From Microcystaceae cyanobacterium (lineage in GTDB: Bacteria > Cyanobacteriota > Cyanobacteriia > Cyanobacteriales > Microcystaceae): a DNA stretch of 56,905 nucleotides. This document shows, one piece after another, positions 19,978-30,329 of this stretch. A program made the position numbers and the translations under genes. Every line of letters begins with the position of its first letter. Position 1 is the stretch's first letter. The stretch spans positions 1 to 56,905 of the forward strand of contig JBGTGT010000029.1 of NCBI GenBank assembly GCA_041746575.1. The letters run 5' to 3'. The notes below the pieces were generated by a model. The model was not told the DNA's origin, searched no databases, and saw only the letters and a program-made list of their open reading frames with translations.

Positions 19978-20967
19978 ATGCGTCTTTCCTCATTTGACTT
20001 CAAGATTGGCACGTTTAACCTCTATAATTTGGCTTTACCGGATACGCCTTTTCACCATCATTTGCAGTATTCTGCCGAAGATTATCAGCGCAAAAAAAGC
20101 TGGATTTCTCAACAATTAGCGCGAATGCAAGCCGATGTTGTGGGATTTCAAGAGGTGATTCATGCTCAAGCCTTGAATGATGTTCTCTCAGCCACAGAAA
20201 GCTATCAAAATTATCACCGTGTGATCGCTGAAATAAAAGGCAGTCATCCAACAGTTGCCCTCGCCTCGAGATTTCCGATTACTCATCTAGAAATTGTGCG
20301 AGACTTTCCAAAGGAAGCCTATTTTACAGTGCAGAATAGGGAAATTCCCTTTGAAACCTTTTCTAAGCCCATTCTCATTGCTCAAATTGCTTTAACGCCT
20401 CAACAAATTACAACCATTATTGTCGTCCACTTAAAGTCAAAAGCCCCTATTTTTCCCAAATCGGTTGACTCAGATGATCCCATCGAAAGAGCCAAAGGAC
20501 AAGGAAGATCGCTAATTTTAAGGACTGCTGAAGCCATTGCCTTACGTATTCTCTTAATTAAAAAGCTTCAGAATACCAATCATCCTGTTATTGTCTTAGG
20601 CGATGTTAATGATGGTGGATTGTCCTTTACTTCTCAAATTATTACCGGAGATCCACCGCATCAGCAAGCCAATTTTTCGCAAAAAAAGAAAATTTGGGAT
20701 ACCTTACTCTACAGTGTTAAAGAAATTCAGGACAAACAGAGTCAGGGTCACTTTTATTATACCCACATTCACAATGGTCACTACGACAACCTTGATCATA
20801 TTCTGGTGAGTCAAGAGTGGGTGAGTCAAAACCCCCATCGGATTGGCCGTGTGAAATACGTTACCGTGTTGAATGATCATCTTATTGACGATACCCTCAG
20901 TGAGGAAAATGTGCCTTGTTGGCAATCCGATCATGGTCAAGTCGTGGCAACCTTAAGTTTAGAATGA
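19978..20967 (+). CDS. Endonuclease/exonuclease/phosphatase family protein
   Basis: TFNLYN, VGFQEV, HLKSK, LGDVND, LDHILVS, SDHG. Confidence 0.9.
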   Translation: MRLSSFDFKIGTFNLYNLALPDTPFHHHLQYSAEDYQRKKSWISQQLARMQADVVGFQEVIHAQALNDVLSATESYQNYHRVIAEIKGSHPTVALASRFPITHLEIVRDFPKEAYFTVQNREIPFETFSKPILIAQIALTPQQITTIIVVHLKSKAPIFPKSVDSDDPIERAKGQGRSLILRTAEAIALRILLIKKLQNTNHPVIVLGDVNDGGLSFTSQIITGDPPHQQANFSQKKKIWDTLLYSVKEIQDKQSQGHFYYTHIHNGHYDNLDHILVSQEWVSQNPHRIGRVKYVTVLNDHLIDDTLSEENVPCWQSDHGQVVATLSLE

Positions 20968-20994
20968 AGGCATAAACCTTCAAAACTCTCTCGG

Positions 20995-22980
20995 ATGAAT
21001 CCTCCTATCCCTTACGCAACTGATTTTAAGCTTCAGAGCGTTTTTGTGATTATTCCTGCCCTTAATGAAGAAAAAACGATTTTACGGGTTATTAATGACC
21101 TAAAATCTAATGGATTAACTGAGATCTGTGTGGTGGATAATGGGAGTCAGGATGAAACAGCAACAACGGCATTGGCGGCAGGCGCACAAGTCATACGGGA
21201 AGATAAACGGGGATATGGCCAAGCGTGTTGGAGTGGAATGCAAACGATTCCAGAGTTTTGTGAATGGATTTTATTCTGCGATGGAGATGGTAGTGATAAT
21301 CTCAGTCAATTATCTCAATTTTGGGACGTAACTGCGGAAACAGACTTCATTTTAGGCAATCGTCGGGCAACGCCTGAAGGACGTGCGTTTTTAACCCCTG
21401 TCCAAAATTTTGGCAATGGGTTAGCAACATTTCTTATTTATATAGGTTGGGGTTACCAATATCAAGATTTAGGTCCGTTACGCCTCATCCGTCGGGCTGA
21501 TTTAGAACAGTTGCAAATGGGCGATCGCTCTTTTGGCTGGACGGTGGAAATGCAGGTAAAAGCGGTGGAAAATGGGCTAAGAATCAAGGAAATTCCTGTT
21601 AATTATCGCCGGCGACAAGGGGGGAAATCGAAAATTTCTGGCACAATTATGGGCAGTTTTCGGGCAGGCCACATCATTTTAACGACTTTGGGGCAATTAT
21701 ACTGGCAAAAAATCTCAAAAACTCCTTTTATGCTTTGGTTAAGTTCATTTTTGCTGATACTGGGAACAATCCTTGCCCTTCCTTACGGCAATTTCCAAGA
21801 AAGGGGGATGATACCTCATTTTTGGCTAGGAATAGGGATAATGGGTTTAGGTTTTATATTTTCATGGTCTTTGAGTTCTGTTACCGTGTTATGGTTCTGG
21901 GGAATCACGCTGATTACTCGTTTGTTAATGTTGGGGATGTATCCGGCGGATGATATCTGGCGTTATTTGTGGGAAGGATATATTCAACATTTTGGCTTTA
22001 GTCCTTATGAATTTGCACCGAATTCGGCTGAATTAATGCCTTATCGTACGGATTGGTGGGAATTAATCAACACAAAAGAAACATCGGCGATTTATCCGCC
22101 TTTGACACAACTGGGTTTCTGGGGGTTAACGTTCATTTCTCCTTCCGTTTGGGTATTTAAGGCGTCGTTTGTATTAGCAGATTTAGCGATTTGTTGGCAA
22201 TTAAGCCGAAGGTGGGGTTACACTCAAACGTTGATTTATGCGTGGAATCCTTTGATTATTTATTCTTTTGCGGGGGGTGGCCATTATGATAGTTGGTTTA
22301 TTTTACCGTTAGTCTTAGGATGGTTAGCCTTTGAACAACATCAGTGGCGAAAAAGTGCGTTTTGGTTGGGCATTAGTTTGGCGATTAAATGGATATCCTT
22401 GCCCCTTTTGGCGTTTGTTTTTCTGCGTTCAAGGGTTTCTCAAAAAGCCCTTATTCTATTATTAGGAATTTCGCCTTTTTTGATAACAGCAACTCGATTT
22501 TGCTGGGATACTTCTTGCCCTCTAATTCCGACGAGTTCTCATTTTGTGGTTTCGGATAGAAGTGCAGAGTTTATTCCTTATTTTATCGGTTTAATTTGGA
22601 TTTATTCAGTCCGAAATAATTGGATTTATGCTATTTTATTGGGAATTTTTATCCTAGTTTTATTAAACGTTTGTGTAAAGTTTATTGATTTTATTGAATG
22701 GTATTTCTTTGGCTTGTTAACTTTGTCACCGATTATTCATGCGTGGTATTTTACATGGATTATTCCTTTTTCTGTAGTAACTCGGAATAAAGGAATACAG
22801 GGGGCAAGTCTTTCTGCTTTTATTTATTTTGTCCTGAAGCATCGGGGAACGTTAGGAATTTATGATTGGCAACTAACCCTTTTTGAAAGATACGGATTAT
22901 GGTTACCTTTTATCGTTGGCTTTTTAATCACAAAGTTAAATTTTTTACATAAACTTAATAACAAAAATTATAACGATTAG
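20995..22980 (+). CDS. GT2 glycosyltransferase fused to a multi-TM GT-C (GT87-like) domain
   Basis: IIPALNEE, VVDNGSQD, FCDGDGSD; then DDIWRYLWEG, IYPPLTQ, YAWNPL, GGHYD. Confidence 0.85.
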   Translation: MNPPIPYATDFKLQSVFVIIPALNEEKTILRVINDLKSNGLTEICVVDNGSQDETATTALAAGAQVIREDKRGYGQACWSGMQTIPEFCEWILFCDGDGSDNLSQLSQFWDVTAETDFILGNRRATPEGRAFLTPVQNFGNGLATFLIYIGWGYQYQDLGPLRLIRRADLEQLQMGDRSFGWTVEMQVKAVENGLRIKEIPVNYRRRQGGKSKISGTIMGSFRAGHIILTTLGQLYWQKISKTPFMLWLSSFLLILGTILALPYGNFQERGMIPHFWLGIGIMGLGFIFSWSLSSVTVLWFWGITLITRLLMLGMYPADDIWRYLWEGYIQHFGFSPYEFAPNSAELMPYRTDWWELINTKETSAIYPPLTQLGFWGLTFISPSVWVFKASFVLADLAICWQLSRRWGYTQTLIYAWNPLIIYSFAGGGHYDSWFILPLVLGWLAFEQHQWRKSAFWLGISLAIKWISLPLLAFVFLRSRVSQKALILLLGISPFLITATRFCWDTSCPLIPTSSHFVVSDRSAEFIPYFIGLIWIYSVRNNWIYAILLGIFILVLLNVCVKFIDFIEWYFFGLLTLSPIIHAWYFTWIIPFSVVTRNKGIQGASLSAFIYFVLKHRGTLGIYDWQLTLFERYGLWLPFIVGFLITKLNFLHKLNNKNYND

Positions 22981-23046
22981 AAGGGTGAAAAAAAAAAGAG
23001 AGCTTATCTTACTCCGATCTTTATTTCCTTCACCCTATCTAAAGTT

Positions 23047-23787
23047 TTAACGTTTTGACCAATGATATTCCGCCCAAACAGGATGGGAAAAAATTGCCTC
23101 AGCTACCCGAACACCTCGTAACTGGTTTAATAGGGGAAGATGCCCAGAGGGTGCGCCTAAATTCCAAGTGAAACCATTAGGATATTGTGTCCAACGATTG
23201 CCATTTTTCCAGTCAATTTTCGGCCACAATTTCGCAAAATCTTGACCGACTGACATCCAAAGTTTACGCTGTACAGAAAAGCCAAATTTCCCTTCCGAAT
23301 ACAGCCACCATAGTGAATTAATGGTGTGGAGATCAATACTCGGAAATTGATCAACTTCGGTAAAATAAACCCATTTACGGGCAACTGCGCCTTCACCTGC
23401 CAATTCACAGAGTTTTTGACGGGTTAAACTATCGGCAGTTTGATAATCTTGTTCAAGCAGAAGGGTTTGTAAGAGGTCATAATCTAGATTTTGGTCTGAT
23501 TTGAGGGAAACTAAACCATTCGGAAACGTATTTTGCAAAAATTCTTGTATTTGCGGTGTTTTAATGCTATGGAGATGCTGATAAGCCTTGCCCACAACAA
23601 GATTCAGATGATTCGCTTGATTTGCCTGTAGAAAGTCTTTTAAAACGGATAAACCCAATTCTCCGGCATTTTGCAGTCGGGAAACGAGTTGGATCTGATT
23701 TTTCTCAGATTCCGTAGAAAATTGTTGGATGAGTTGGGTAATCTCTTCTTGAGAGGGGGGAACTGAGACGGTTGATTGCTCAGTCAT
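23047..23787 (-). CDS. gun4: GUN4 / Ycf53 Mg-chelatase cofactor
   Basis: ADSLTRQKLCELAG, RKWVYFTEV, SEGKFGFSVQ, APSGHLPLLNQLRGVRV. Confidence 0.93.
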   Translation of the reverse strand: MTEQSTVSVPPSQEEITQLIQQFSTESEKNQIQLVSRLQNAGELGLSVLKDFLQANQANHLNLVVGKAYQHLHSIKTPQIQEFLQNTFPNGLVSLKSDQNLDYDLLQTLLLEQDYQTADSLTRQKLCELAGEGAVARKWVYFTEVDQFPSIDLHTINSLWWLYSEGKFGFSVQRKLWMSVGQDFAKLWPKIDWKNGNRWTQYPNGFTWNLGAPSGHLPLLNQLRGVRVAEAIFSHPVWAEYHWSKR

Positions 23788-23941
23788 GAGCTTTCCTTGT
23801 AACCATATACTCCTCTACTAATACCATTATTTGCCGATCAATTGATCACCAGTTTAGCAGAACAATCAAAAAAGACCGTTTAGATGAATTCAGGAAGCAT
23901 GGGATAATAGAAAGAGAAATTCAAGTTAAAATACAATCGCT

Positions 23942-24844
23942 ATGGTTAAAATAGCCGTCATTGGAGATGTTCATGATCAATGGGAAGAAGAGGATCAATG
24001 GGCTTTACAATTATTAAAGGTAGATTTAGCCTTATTTGTCGGGGATTTTGGCAATGAATCGCTGGAAATTGTTGAAAAGATTGCCCGTTTACCCCTGCCG
24101 AAAGCGGTGATTTTAGGCAACCATGATGCGTGGTACACCGCCACTCCATGGGGACAGAAAAAATGTCCTTATGACCAAAATAAAGAAGACCGAGTGCAAA
24201 AACAAGTGGATTTACTAGGAAAAAGTTATGTAGGCTATTCCAATCTTGATTTTCCGCAATTTCAATTATCGGTAGTTGGCAGTCGCCCTTTTAGTTGGGG
24301 GGGAAATGACTGGAAATGCGAGGAATTCTTAAAGCAACGCTACAATGTAAGTAATTTTAAAGAATCTCAGTCTAAAATTGTGCAAGCTGTTCAGCAAACG
24401 GCCTATCAAACGGTAATATTTTTAGGGCATAATGGACCTTCTAGTCTTGGAAATGGGCCTGAGGATATCTGTGGGCGAGACTGGAAGCCATTGGGGGGAG
24501 ATCATGGTGATCCAGACTTGGAAGGGGCAATTTTTGCGGCAAAAACCCTCGGTAAGCGAGTTTCCCTAGTTACGTTTGGTCATATGCACCACCGTTTACG
24601 CCATACCCAAGAAAGACTGCGTACGAAAGTTACAACCGACGCAACCGGAACAATTTACCTCAATGCCGCCAGTGTTCCTCGTATTATTGACAAAGGCTCT
24701 GAAAAATGGCGAAATTTTACTCTGGTCACTTTGAAGGATGCACAGGTTAAAGAAAGCTCTCTAGTATGGGTAGGAGAAAATGGCCAAATTATGAGCCAAG
24801 AATGGCTGTATTCTTCAGATTTTCAGACTTTAAAACAAATATAA
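23942..24844 (+). CDS. Metallophosphoesterase (TIGR04168/DevT-like)
   Basis: GDVHD, VGDFGNE, LGNHD, GHNGP, FGHMH. Confidence 0.88.
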   Translation: MVKIAVIGDVHDQWEEEDQWALQLLKVDLALFVGDFGNESLEIVEKIARLPLPKAVILGNHDAWYTATPWGQKKCPYDQNKEDRVQKQVDLLGKSYVGYSNLDFPQFQLSVVGSRPFSWGGNDWKCEEFLKQRYNVSNFKESQSKIVQAVQQTAYQTVIFLGHNGPSSLGNGPEDICGRDWKPLGGDHGDPDLEGAIFAAKTLGKRVSLVTFGHMHHRLRHTQERLRTKVTTDATGTIYLNAASVPRIIDKGSEKWRNFTLVTLKDAQVKESSLVWVGENGQIMSQEWLYSSDFQTLKQI

Positions 24845-25067
24845 TATAGTATAATTTTTTTGTAAATAAAATATAGCGTCTTTGATTTTTGGGAATGGGG
24901 AGTTGAAAGTCGCTAAAAATTTTGAGGCACATAAGGACGAAATGACCGCTTTAATTTAAGGATTCTTGATAATCTTCCCTATCAACAGTGTCCTATTACC
25001 TATCACATGGTCAAGGAAGTGTTAGATATTCTTAAAAGGGAACGTCCCACCCTTTAATAAAAGGATG

Positions 25068-26405
25068 TCAATCCACGATTTTCATCTTAAAATAAGCAGG
25101 AGGCGCAAGCGTTAATCCCCGTCGAACAGGACGAAGCGGACGAGAACTCGTTAAAGAAAAGCGAAATTGTGACAAAAGCGTTGCTAAAACCGTTTGCATT
25201 TCTAATAGGGCTAAACCACTACCGATGCAACGCCGACTTCCCCCCCCAAACGGCAAATATTCATAGGGCGAAAAAGTACAATTTAAAAAACGTTCGGGTT
25301 GAAATTGATAGGATTGAGGATAAATATCTTCTCGATGATGCACCAGATAAATACAGGGGAGTAAAGCACTATTCGCCGGAAAAACGTAACCCATGATTTC
25401 GAGAGGAGACGTAAGAATTCTAGGAAAACTGGTAAGGGTAACAGGATAAATGCGTAATGCTTCTAAACAGGTGGCTTCTAAATAAGGGAAACGTCCGTTA
25501 GATTGAAGTTCTTTTTGTTCTTGGCGTACCTTTTGCTCAATTTCCGGCAAAAAATGTAGCCAATACATCACCCAAGTCAGTCCAGAAGCCGTGGTTTCAT
25601 GACCTGCAATCAATAGCGTCATCAGTTCATCACGCAATTCTTCCTTCGTCATTCCTTGGCCATTTTCGTCTTTAGCTTGTATCAGTAGGGTTAAAATATC
25701 ATTCCCTTTTAATTCTTTGTGTTGACGACGTTCGTCAATTTCATCCCCCAGTAAGCGATCAACTTGAGCTTTCATCTCAAGAAAACGCCCCCAAGGACTC
25801 CATTTACCCCAATCTTGCCGCAGAAATCGAAAAAAAAGCAAACTCGAACTGAGAGGAGAACTGGTGGACTCTAACAGCGTGGTTAAAAGGTGTTGCAGAC
25901 GCTCAAATCTTGCTCCCGATGACAAACCAAAAACGACTTTTAAGATAACTTTTAAGGTAATTTCCTGCATAACAGGACGCACTCGAAAGGTTGTTCCTTG
26001 TTGCCACGATTGAGTCACTTCTTGGGTAATTTCCTGAATCAAATGGCGATAATTTTGTAGGGTTTCTCCTTGAAAAGGAGGCTTTAATAATTTACGTTGT
26101 CGTTGATGGGAAACTCCGTCGAGTAAAACCAGAGAATGTTCCCCTAAAAGGGACTTAAGAATTTGATTTCCTTGACCACTTTTAAATTGTTCGGGGGGTG
26201 CGTTAAAAATCTGCTGAATGGCTTGAGGATGATTGACATAAACTAAGGGCGTATCAGGATTACCCACTGCCCAAAAATCACCAAATTCTTGATAATAATC
26301 TTCTAAATAATCAATCGGGCGAAAAACCAGTTTAAGAATTCGTCTCCATTGAGGTGCAGTAGGATAGGGAATTGATTGAACAGAAAGAGGAGAAGAGATT
26401 TTCAT
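25068..26405 (-). CDS. Cytochrome P450 (CYP110-like)
   Basis: AGHETTA I-helix, EALR, PERF, FGGGSRRCIG heme motif. Confidence 0.93.
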   Translation of the reverse strand: MKISSPLSVQSIPYPTAPQWRRILKLVFRPIDYLEDYYQEFGDFWAVGNPDTPLVYVNHPQAIQQIFNAPPEQFKSGQGNQILKSLLGEHSLVLLDGVSHQRQRKLLKPPFQGETLQNYRHLIQEITQEVTQSWQQGTTFRVRPVMQEITLKVILKVVFGLSSGARFERLQHLLTTLLESTSSPLSSSLLFFRFLRQDWGKWSPWGRFLEMKAQVDRLLGDEIDERRQHKELKGNDILTLLIQAKDENGQGMTKEELRDELMTLLIAGHETTASGLTWVMYWLHFLPEIEQKVRQEQKELQSNGRFPYLEATCLEALRIYPVTLTSFPRILTSPLEIMGYVFPANSALLPCIYLVHHREDIYPQSYQFQPERFLNCTFSPYEYLPFGGGSRRCIGSGLALLEMQTVLATLLSQFRFSLTSSRPLRPVRRGLTLAPPAYFKMKIVD

Positions 26406-26524
26406 CAGTCAAATTTAAGAATAGATGCAGCCCAATTTTATGATAACTAAACTCACGAAATTATCACAATTTTCGTAGATATAATGGGTTGTTTAACGCT
26501 AATTCTCCCTGACTTACTATTCCC

Positions 26525-27679
26525 TTATCTTCCTATCGAATGCTGACGTCCAACTGCATTAGAAAGATGTAGTAAGTTGTTTTCAGCTAATTTCTCCAAA
26601 ATTCCTGCTAGAATCTCTTGAACCATCCAAGGTCCTCGATAAACCCATCCCGTATAGACTTGCAATAAGCTAGCACCTGCCGTGATTTTTTCCCAAGCAT
26701 CCTCTGGCGTAAAAATACCTCCTACCCCAATAATAGGTAATTTACCATCTGTTTTTTGATATATATAGTAAATAACTTCAGTGGATCGTTTTTTAAGCGG
26801 CTTACCGCTAATTCCGCCTGCTTCTTCTGTAATTGGCTTCCCAGTTCTCGGCAAAATTTGGGTGTTCAATCCATTTCGTTGAATCGTCGTATTAGTGGCG
26901 ATTAATCCTGATAATTGATAGATTTGGGCAAGTTCAATAATGCTATCCATAGCTTCCCAAGACAAATCGGGAGCAATTTTGACAAATAGAGGACATTTCC
27001 CTTTATTTTCTGCTTGCAACGTCGTTAAAATTTGATTTAATTGCTCACTATCCTGTAGCGATCGCAATCCGGGCGTATTAGGAGAACTGACATTCACAAC
27101 AAAGTAATCAGCCCAGTCTTTTAGAATGCGAAAACTGGTCACATAATCGTGATGAGCTTCTTCTAGGGGGGTAATTTTCGACTTACAAAGGTTTATACCG
27201 ATGGGAATTGCTCTATTTTGTCTTTGCCATGTTTTTTCTAAGGTTTGTGCCATGACTTCTGCCCCTAAGTTATTGGCGCCAAGACGATTTAAGGCCGCTT
27301 CGTCGTCAGGAAGACGAAAAAGACGGGGTTGAGGATTACCCGATTGAGGATGTTGGGTAATTGCCCCTAATTCAGCAAAACCAAAGCCAAAACTTGACCA
27401 AATTCCGGCGGCAACGCCATCTTTATCACATCCGGGAGCCAAACCCAAGGGATTCGGCCATGTTAACCCCCATAAATTCTGAGATAAGCGAGAATTCGTG
27501 AGTTTCAAACTTTTTTCGCTTTGAGATAATATCCATTTTCCCCACGGCGTATGACGGGCTTGCTCAAGGGAGCTTAGGGTTGCTAAAATTTGATGATGAG
27601 CTTTTTCGGGATCGTTTTGGGTTGCTCTCAAAAAGAGAGGATAGAGGGGTTTCGATAGGGTTAAAACAGATGAATTCAT
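26525..27679 (-). CDS. pyrD: Quinone-dependent dihydroorotate dehydrogenase
   Basis: [40 protein letters not shown]. Confidence 0.95.
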   Translation of the reverse strand: MNSSVLTLSKPLYPLFLRATQNDPEKAHHQILATLSSLEQARHTPWGKWILSQSEKSLKLTNSRLSQNLWGLTWPNPLGLAPGCDKDGVAAGIWSSFGFGFAELGAITQHPQSGNPQPRLFRLPDDEAALNRLGANNLGAEVMAQTLEKTWQRQNRAIPIGINLCKSKITPLEEAHHDYVTSFRILKDWADYFVVNVSSPNTPGLRSLQDSEQLNQILTTLQAENKGKCPLFVKIAPDLSWEAMDSIIELAQIYQLSGLIATNTTIQRNGLNTQILPRTGKPITEEAGGISGKPLKKRSTEVIYYIYQKTDGKLPIIGVGGIFTPEDAWEKITAGASLLQVYTGWVYRGPWMVQEILAGILEKLAENNLLHLSNAVGRQHSIGR

Positions 27680-27739
27680 TAAATTAATAAGAACGAGGAA
27701 ATCGGTTTTTCAAAAATTAACTTTATCAATTAACTATTA

Positions 27740-28351
27740 TTATTTTAAATGTTCAGTATCGCCCTTTAAGATCAATTGCCATGTTTGCTCCTGTTCAATT
27801 ATTTGAATTAACCCACATAAAGGGGTCTTAATGGCTGTTCCTTTCCCGAATAATCGCTGAGCGGTTCCCATGAGTGTCGCACTATGACCGACAATTAAAA
27901 GATTATCAGAAAATTCTGCCATTAATTTAACAAGCGTTTCGCCCGTCCGTTGATATAGCGTTTCTTCGCTTTCAGGATATTGAGAAATCCCTCGTGATTG
28001 ATAGGTTTCATCAAGCAGATTATATTCAACCTTTAACTCGTCTAAAGAACGGGTTTCAGGAGGATAGGTCATCCAATGGGGGTTTAACCATTCACTGAAT
28101 CCTGCTTCTATTTTGAGGGGTAAATTTAAGATTTCTGCTAGGGGATACGCTGTTTGAATGGCGCGCAAAAAAGGAGAGACAAAAATATGATGAATCTCCT
28201 CCGATTCCAATCTTTTGGCCAACTGTTGTGCTTGAATTAATCCATCCTCAGATAAAGGGGGATCATAGCGTCTTTTAGCAGTATTAAACCACTCAGGATA
28301 GACAAAATCTAGGCGGTTTCCATGTCTCGCTATCCAAAGAATCTGGGACAT
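27740..28351 (-). CDS. Histidine phosphatase family protein
   Basis: IARHG motif, SPFLRAIQTA, LIVGH. Confidence 0.9.
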   Translation of the reverse strand: MSQILWIARHGNRLDFVYPEWFNTAKRRYDPPLSEDGLIQAQQLAKRLESEEIHHIFVSPFLRAIQTAYPLAEILNLPLKIEAGFSEWLNPHWMTYPPETRSLDELKVEYNLLDETYQSRGISQYPESEETLYQRTGETLVKLMAEFSDNLLIVGHSATLMGTAQRLFGKGTAIKTPLCGLIQIIEQEQTWQLILKGDTEHLK

Positions 28352-28407
28352 AAACTGTGACGTATTTAAACGACTTGTTAAGGATAATAACGTGAATGAA
28401 CTGACGA

Positions 28408-29058
28408 TTATAATGCTTTTTTTTCAGCAATAACAGCATGAAAAGGATCAGCCGTTTCGACGCCCAACATTTGCAAAAAATCAGGCATTTTTGATGATTT
28501 CATGATGGTTTGCGGTTCATTAAATCCTGACACTGATTCTAAATAACGCTTGACTAACATGGTACGACTTAGATCCGTGCCGTCTCGCCAGATCGCGATC
28601 GCTTTTTGATAAAACATTCGATTGGAGAAACTAATTATAACTTTGCCTTGAGGTTTAAGGATACGGCAAATTTCCGAAAAAACGGCTTCGGGATACTGAA
28701 GATATTGTACTGAAACAGCCATTAAAACTGCATCAAAATCTTGATCAGGTAAAGGAAGTTTAGGATTTTGGTTTAAGTCTTGGGTAAAGTAATGATTTAA
28801 ACGAGGATTTTTACTCAATTCCTCTGCATTCAAACCGTGACCTTCCACGTGACTCAATTCTATTTTATCAGGTAGATGAGAGACCCAACTACTCATTAAA
28901 TCTAACACACGACTATGAGGTTTCAACTGCTCTCGATAAAGATCGGTTAATTGATCAATAAATCCTTGATCAACATGGGTTACAAAACGCGGAAAAGAAT
29001 AAAAATCTTGATCGCTACTAGGATCAAGTTTCGTTCGTTGCTCTGGATTAAGTAACAT
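28408..29058 (-). CDS. SAM-dependent methyltransferase (conserved cyanobacterial/plant type)
   Basis: FYSFPRFVTHVD, LDLMSSWVSHLP, SVQYLQYP, SFSNRMF. Confidence 0.88.
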   Translation of the reverse strand: MLLNPEQRTKLDPSSDQDFYSFPRFVTHVDQGFIDQLTDLYREQLKPHSRVLDLMSSWVSHLPDKIELSHVEGHGLNAEELSKNPRLNHYFTQDLNQNPKLPLPDQDFDAVLMAVSVQYLQYPEAVFSEICRILKPQGKVIISFSNRMFYQKAIAIWRDGTDLSRTMLVKRYLESVSGFNEPQTIMKSSKMPDFLQMLGVETADPFHAVIAEKKAL

Positions 29059-29273
29059 AAGCGACAAAACAAAATTATAAGTCTTCAAACGATTATTATA
29101 AAGAATAACTTGTCAGGATGCAAAGTGGGCATTTCCTTACTAACCTAGGCTATCAGTTATCAATAACTCGTCAATTGCTTACGCTTTACCGATGAAGTTT
29201 GACAGCTTGTCTTTTGACAAAAGTGAACAAGGTTACTTATGCTGAGAAAGCAACTTTTTAACCATCAATACTA

Positions 29274-29636
29274 ATGAAAAATAATCTGAGAAGCAAACCA
29301 CCGTTAGAAACGAAAATGGGAAGCTGTGGGATTGAGCAAGGTAAATTGTTTTCAGTGGGAATTGCCCCAACGGGTATCATTGCTATAGGCGTTGTTCCAA
29401 TGGGAATTATTTCGATTGGTATCGTCCCGATGGGAATTGTTTCATTAGGAACGGTCGCCATGGGGTTGATTGCCACGGGTTTTGTTTCGATGGGAACGAT
29501 CGCCACTGGGTTGGTATCAATGGGGATTATATCCATTGGCAGTGAAACGCATAGTTTGATTAATATTAATAATAATCCCCTCATCAATGAGATGGAAATG
29601 CCGGCTAACCCTGAGTCTTCTAAGCATCATCATTAA
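29274..29636 (+). CDS. Small Gly/Met-rich pentad-repeat hydrophobic protein
   Basis: Repeats GIIAI-GVVPM-GIISI-GIVPM-GIVSL-GTVAM...; C-terminal HHH. Confidence 0.7.
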   Translation: MKNNLRSKPPLETKMGSCGIEQGKLFSVGIAPTGIIAIGVVPMGIISIGIVPMGIVSLGTVAMGLIATGFVSMGTIATGLVSMGIISIGSETHSLININNNPLINEMEMPANPESSKHHH

Positions 29637-29712
29637 ACTTGTTAGCAAAATTGGGAAACCCTCAAAAGTATAAACAAACTAAAGTTACTTTGTTCTTTAA
29701 CAAAAATCTTAA

Positions 29713-29841
29713 CAATTCACAGAAAAAGTTATCCCCGTTTTTTCCACAGTCAATCCCCAAATTTTTCCACAGACTTTGAGACGTTTTCCACAAGTTACAG
29801 TAAATAATTCACAAAGGGCTTTTTAGCGGCTTTTCTCTACA
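29713..29841 (+). promoter_or_regulatory. Cluster of co-oriented DnaA-type boxes (TTTTCCACA)
   Basis: Exact TTTTCCACA at 29740, 29763, 29784; degenerate copies at 29713, 29729, 29751, 29805, 29833. Confidence 0.6.
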
Positions 29842-30109
29842 GAAGAGGCAGTTATTCAAAAAATAGACACCAAAAGTTGCTGATCAATAACCACGAAATA
29901 TTAGGATTTCTTTTCTTACTTTGGGAAAATTTCTGAGGTATTTTTCTGATTTCAATTGAGAGTTTAAAGGACGCTTTCATGTGTTAGCATACTAAGGCTA
30001 AAAGCGTGGGCATTCCACTGAGCAACTGAGGTTTCCTAAATAGAGACTTTGGGGGACTCAAAAGATAGCCTTGTTTTAAGCTGAATACCCTTTTTGAGGA
30101 TAGTTTTCT

Positions 30110-30307
30110 ATGAGCCAATCTATTACGTTGACAGTTGATCTTCCTGAGTCTCTACATCGTTCTCTCTGCGATTTTCTAGAAGAAGATTCCCAATGGGATT
30201 TTAACCAAGTATTTAGTGTTGCGCTTCTTCAATTTCTTCAGCAAAACTCAGCCATTAACCGTAACCCATCATCTATTATTCAACGAAGCGTCACTTTTAA
30301 CCATTAA
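30110..30307 (+). CDS. DUF2811-like small protein
   Basis: DLPESLHRSLCDFLEEDSQWDFNQVFSVALLQFLQQN pattern. Confidence 0.75.
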   Translation: MSQSITLTVDLPESLHRSLCDFLEEDSQWDFNQVFSVALLQFLQQNSAINRNPSSIIQRSVTFNH

Positions 30308-30329
30308 AAATGTTGCCCCACTCTCCACC

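Noticed and set aside
29258..29587. Minus-strand Pro/Ile repeat ORF
   Set aside because: Antisense mirror of the Gly-rich repeat gene.
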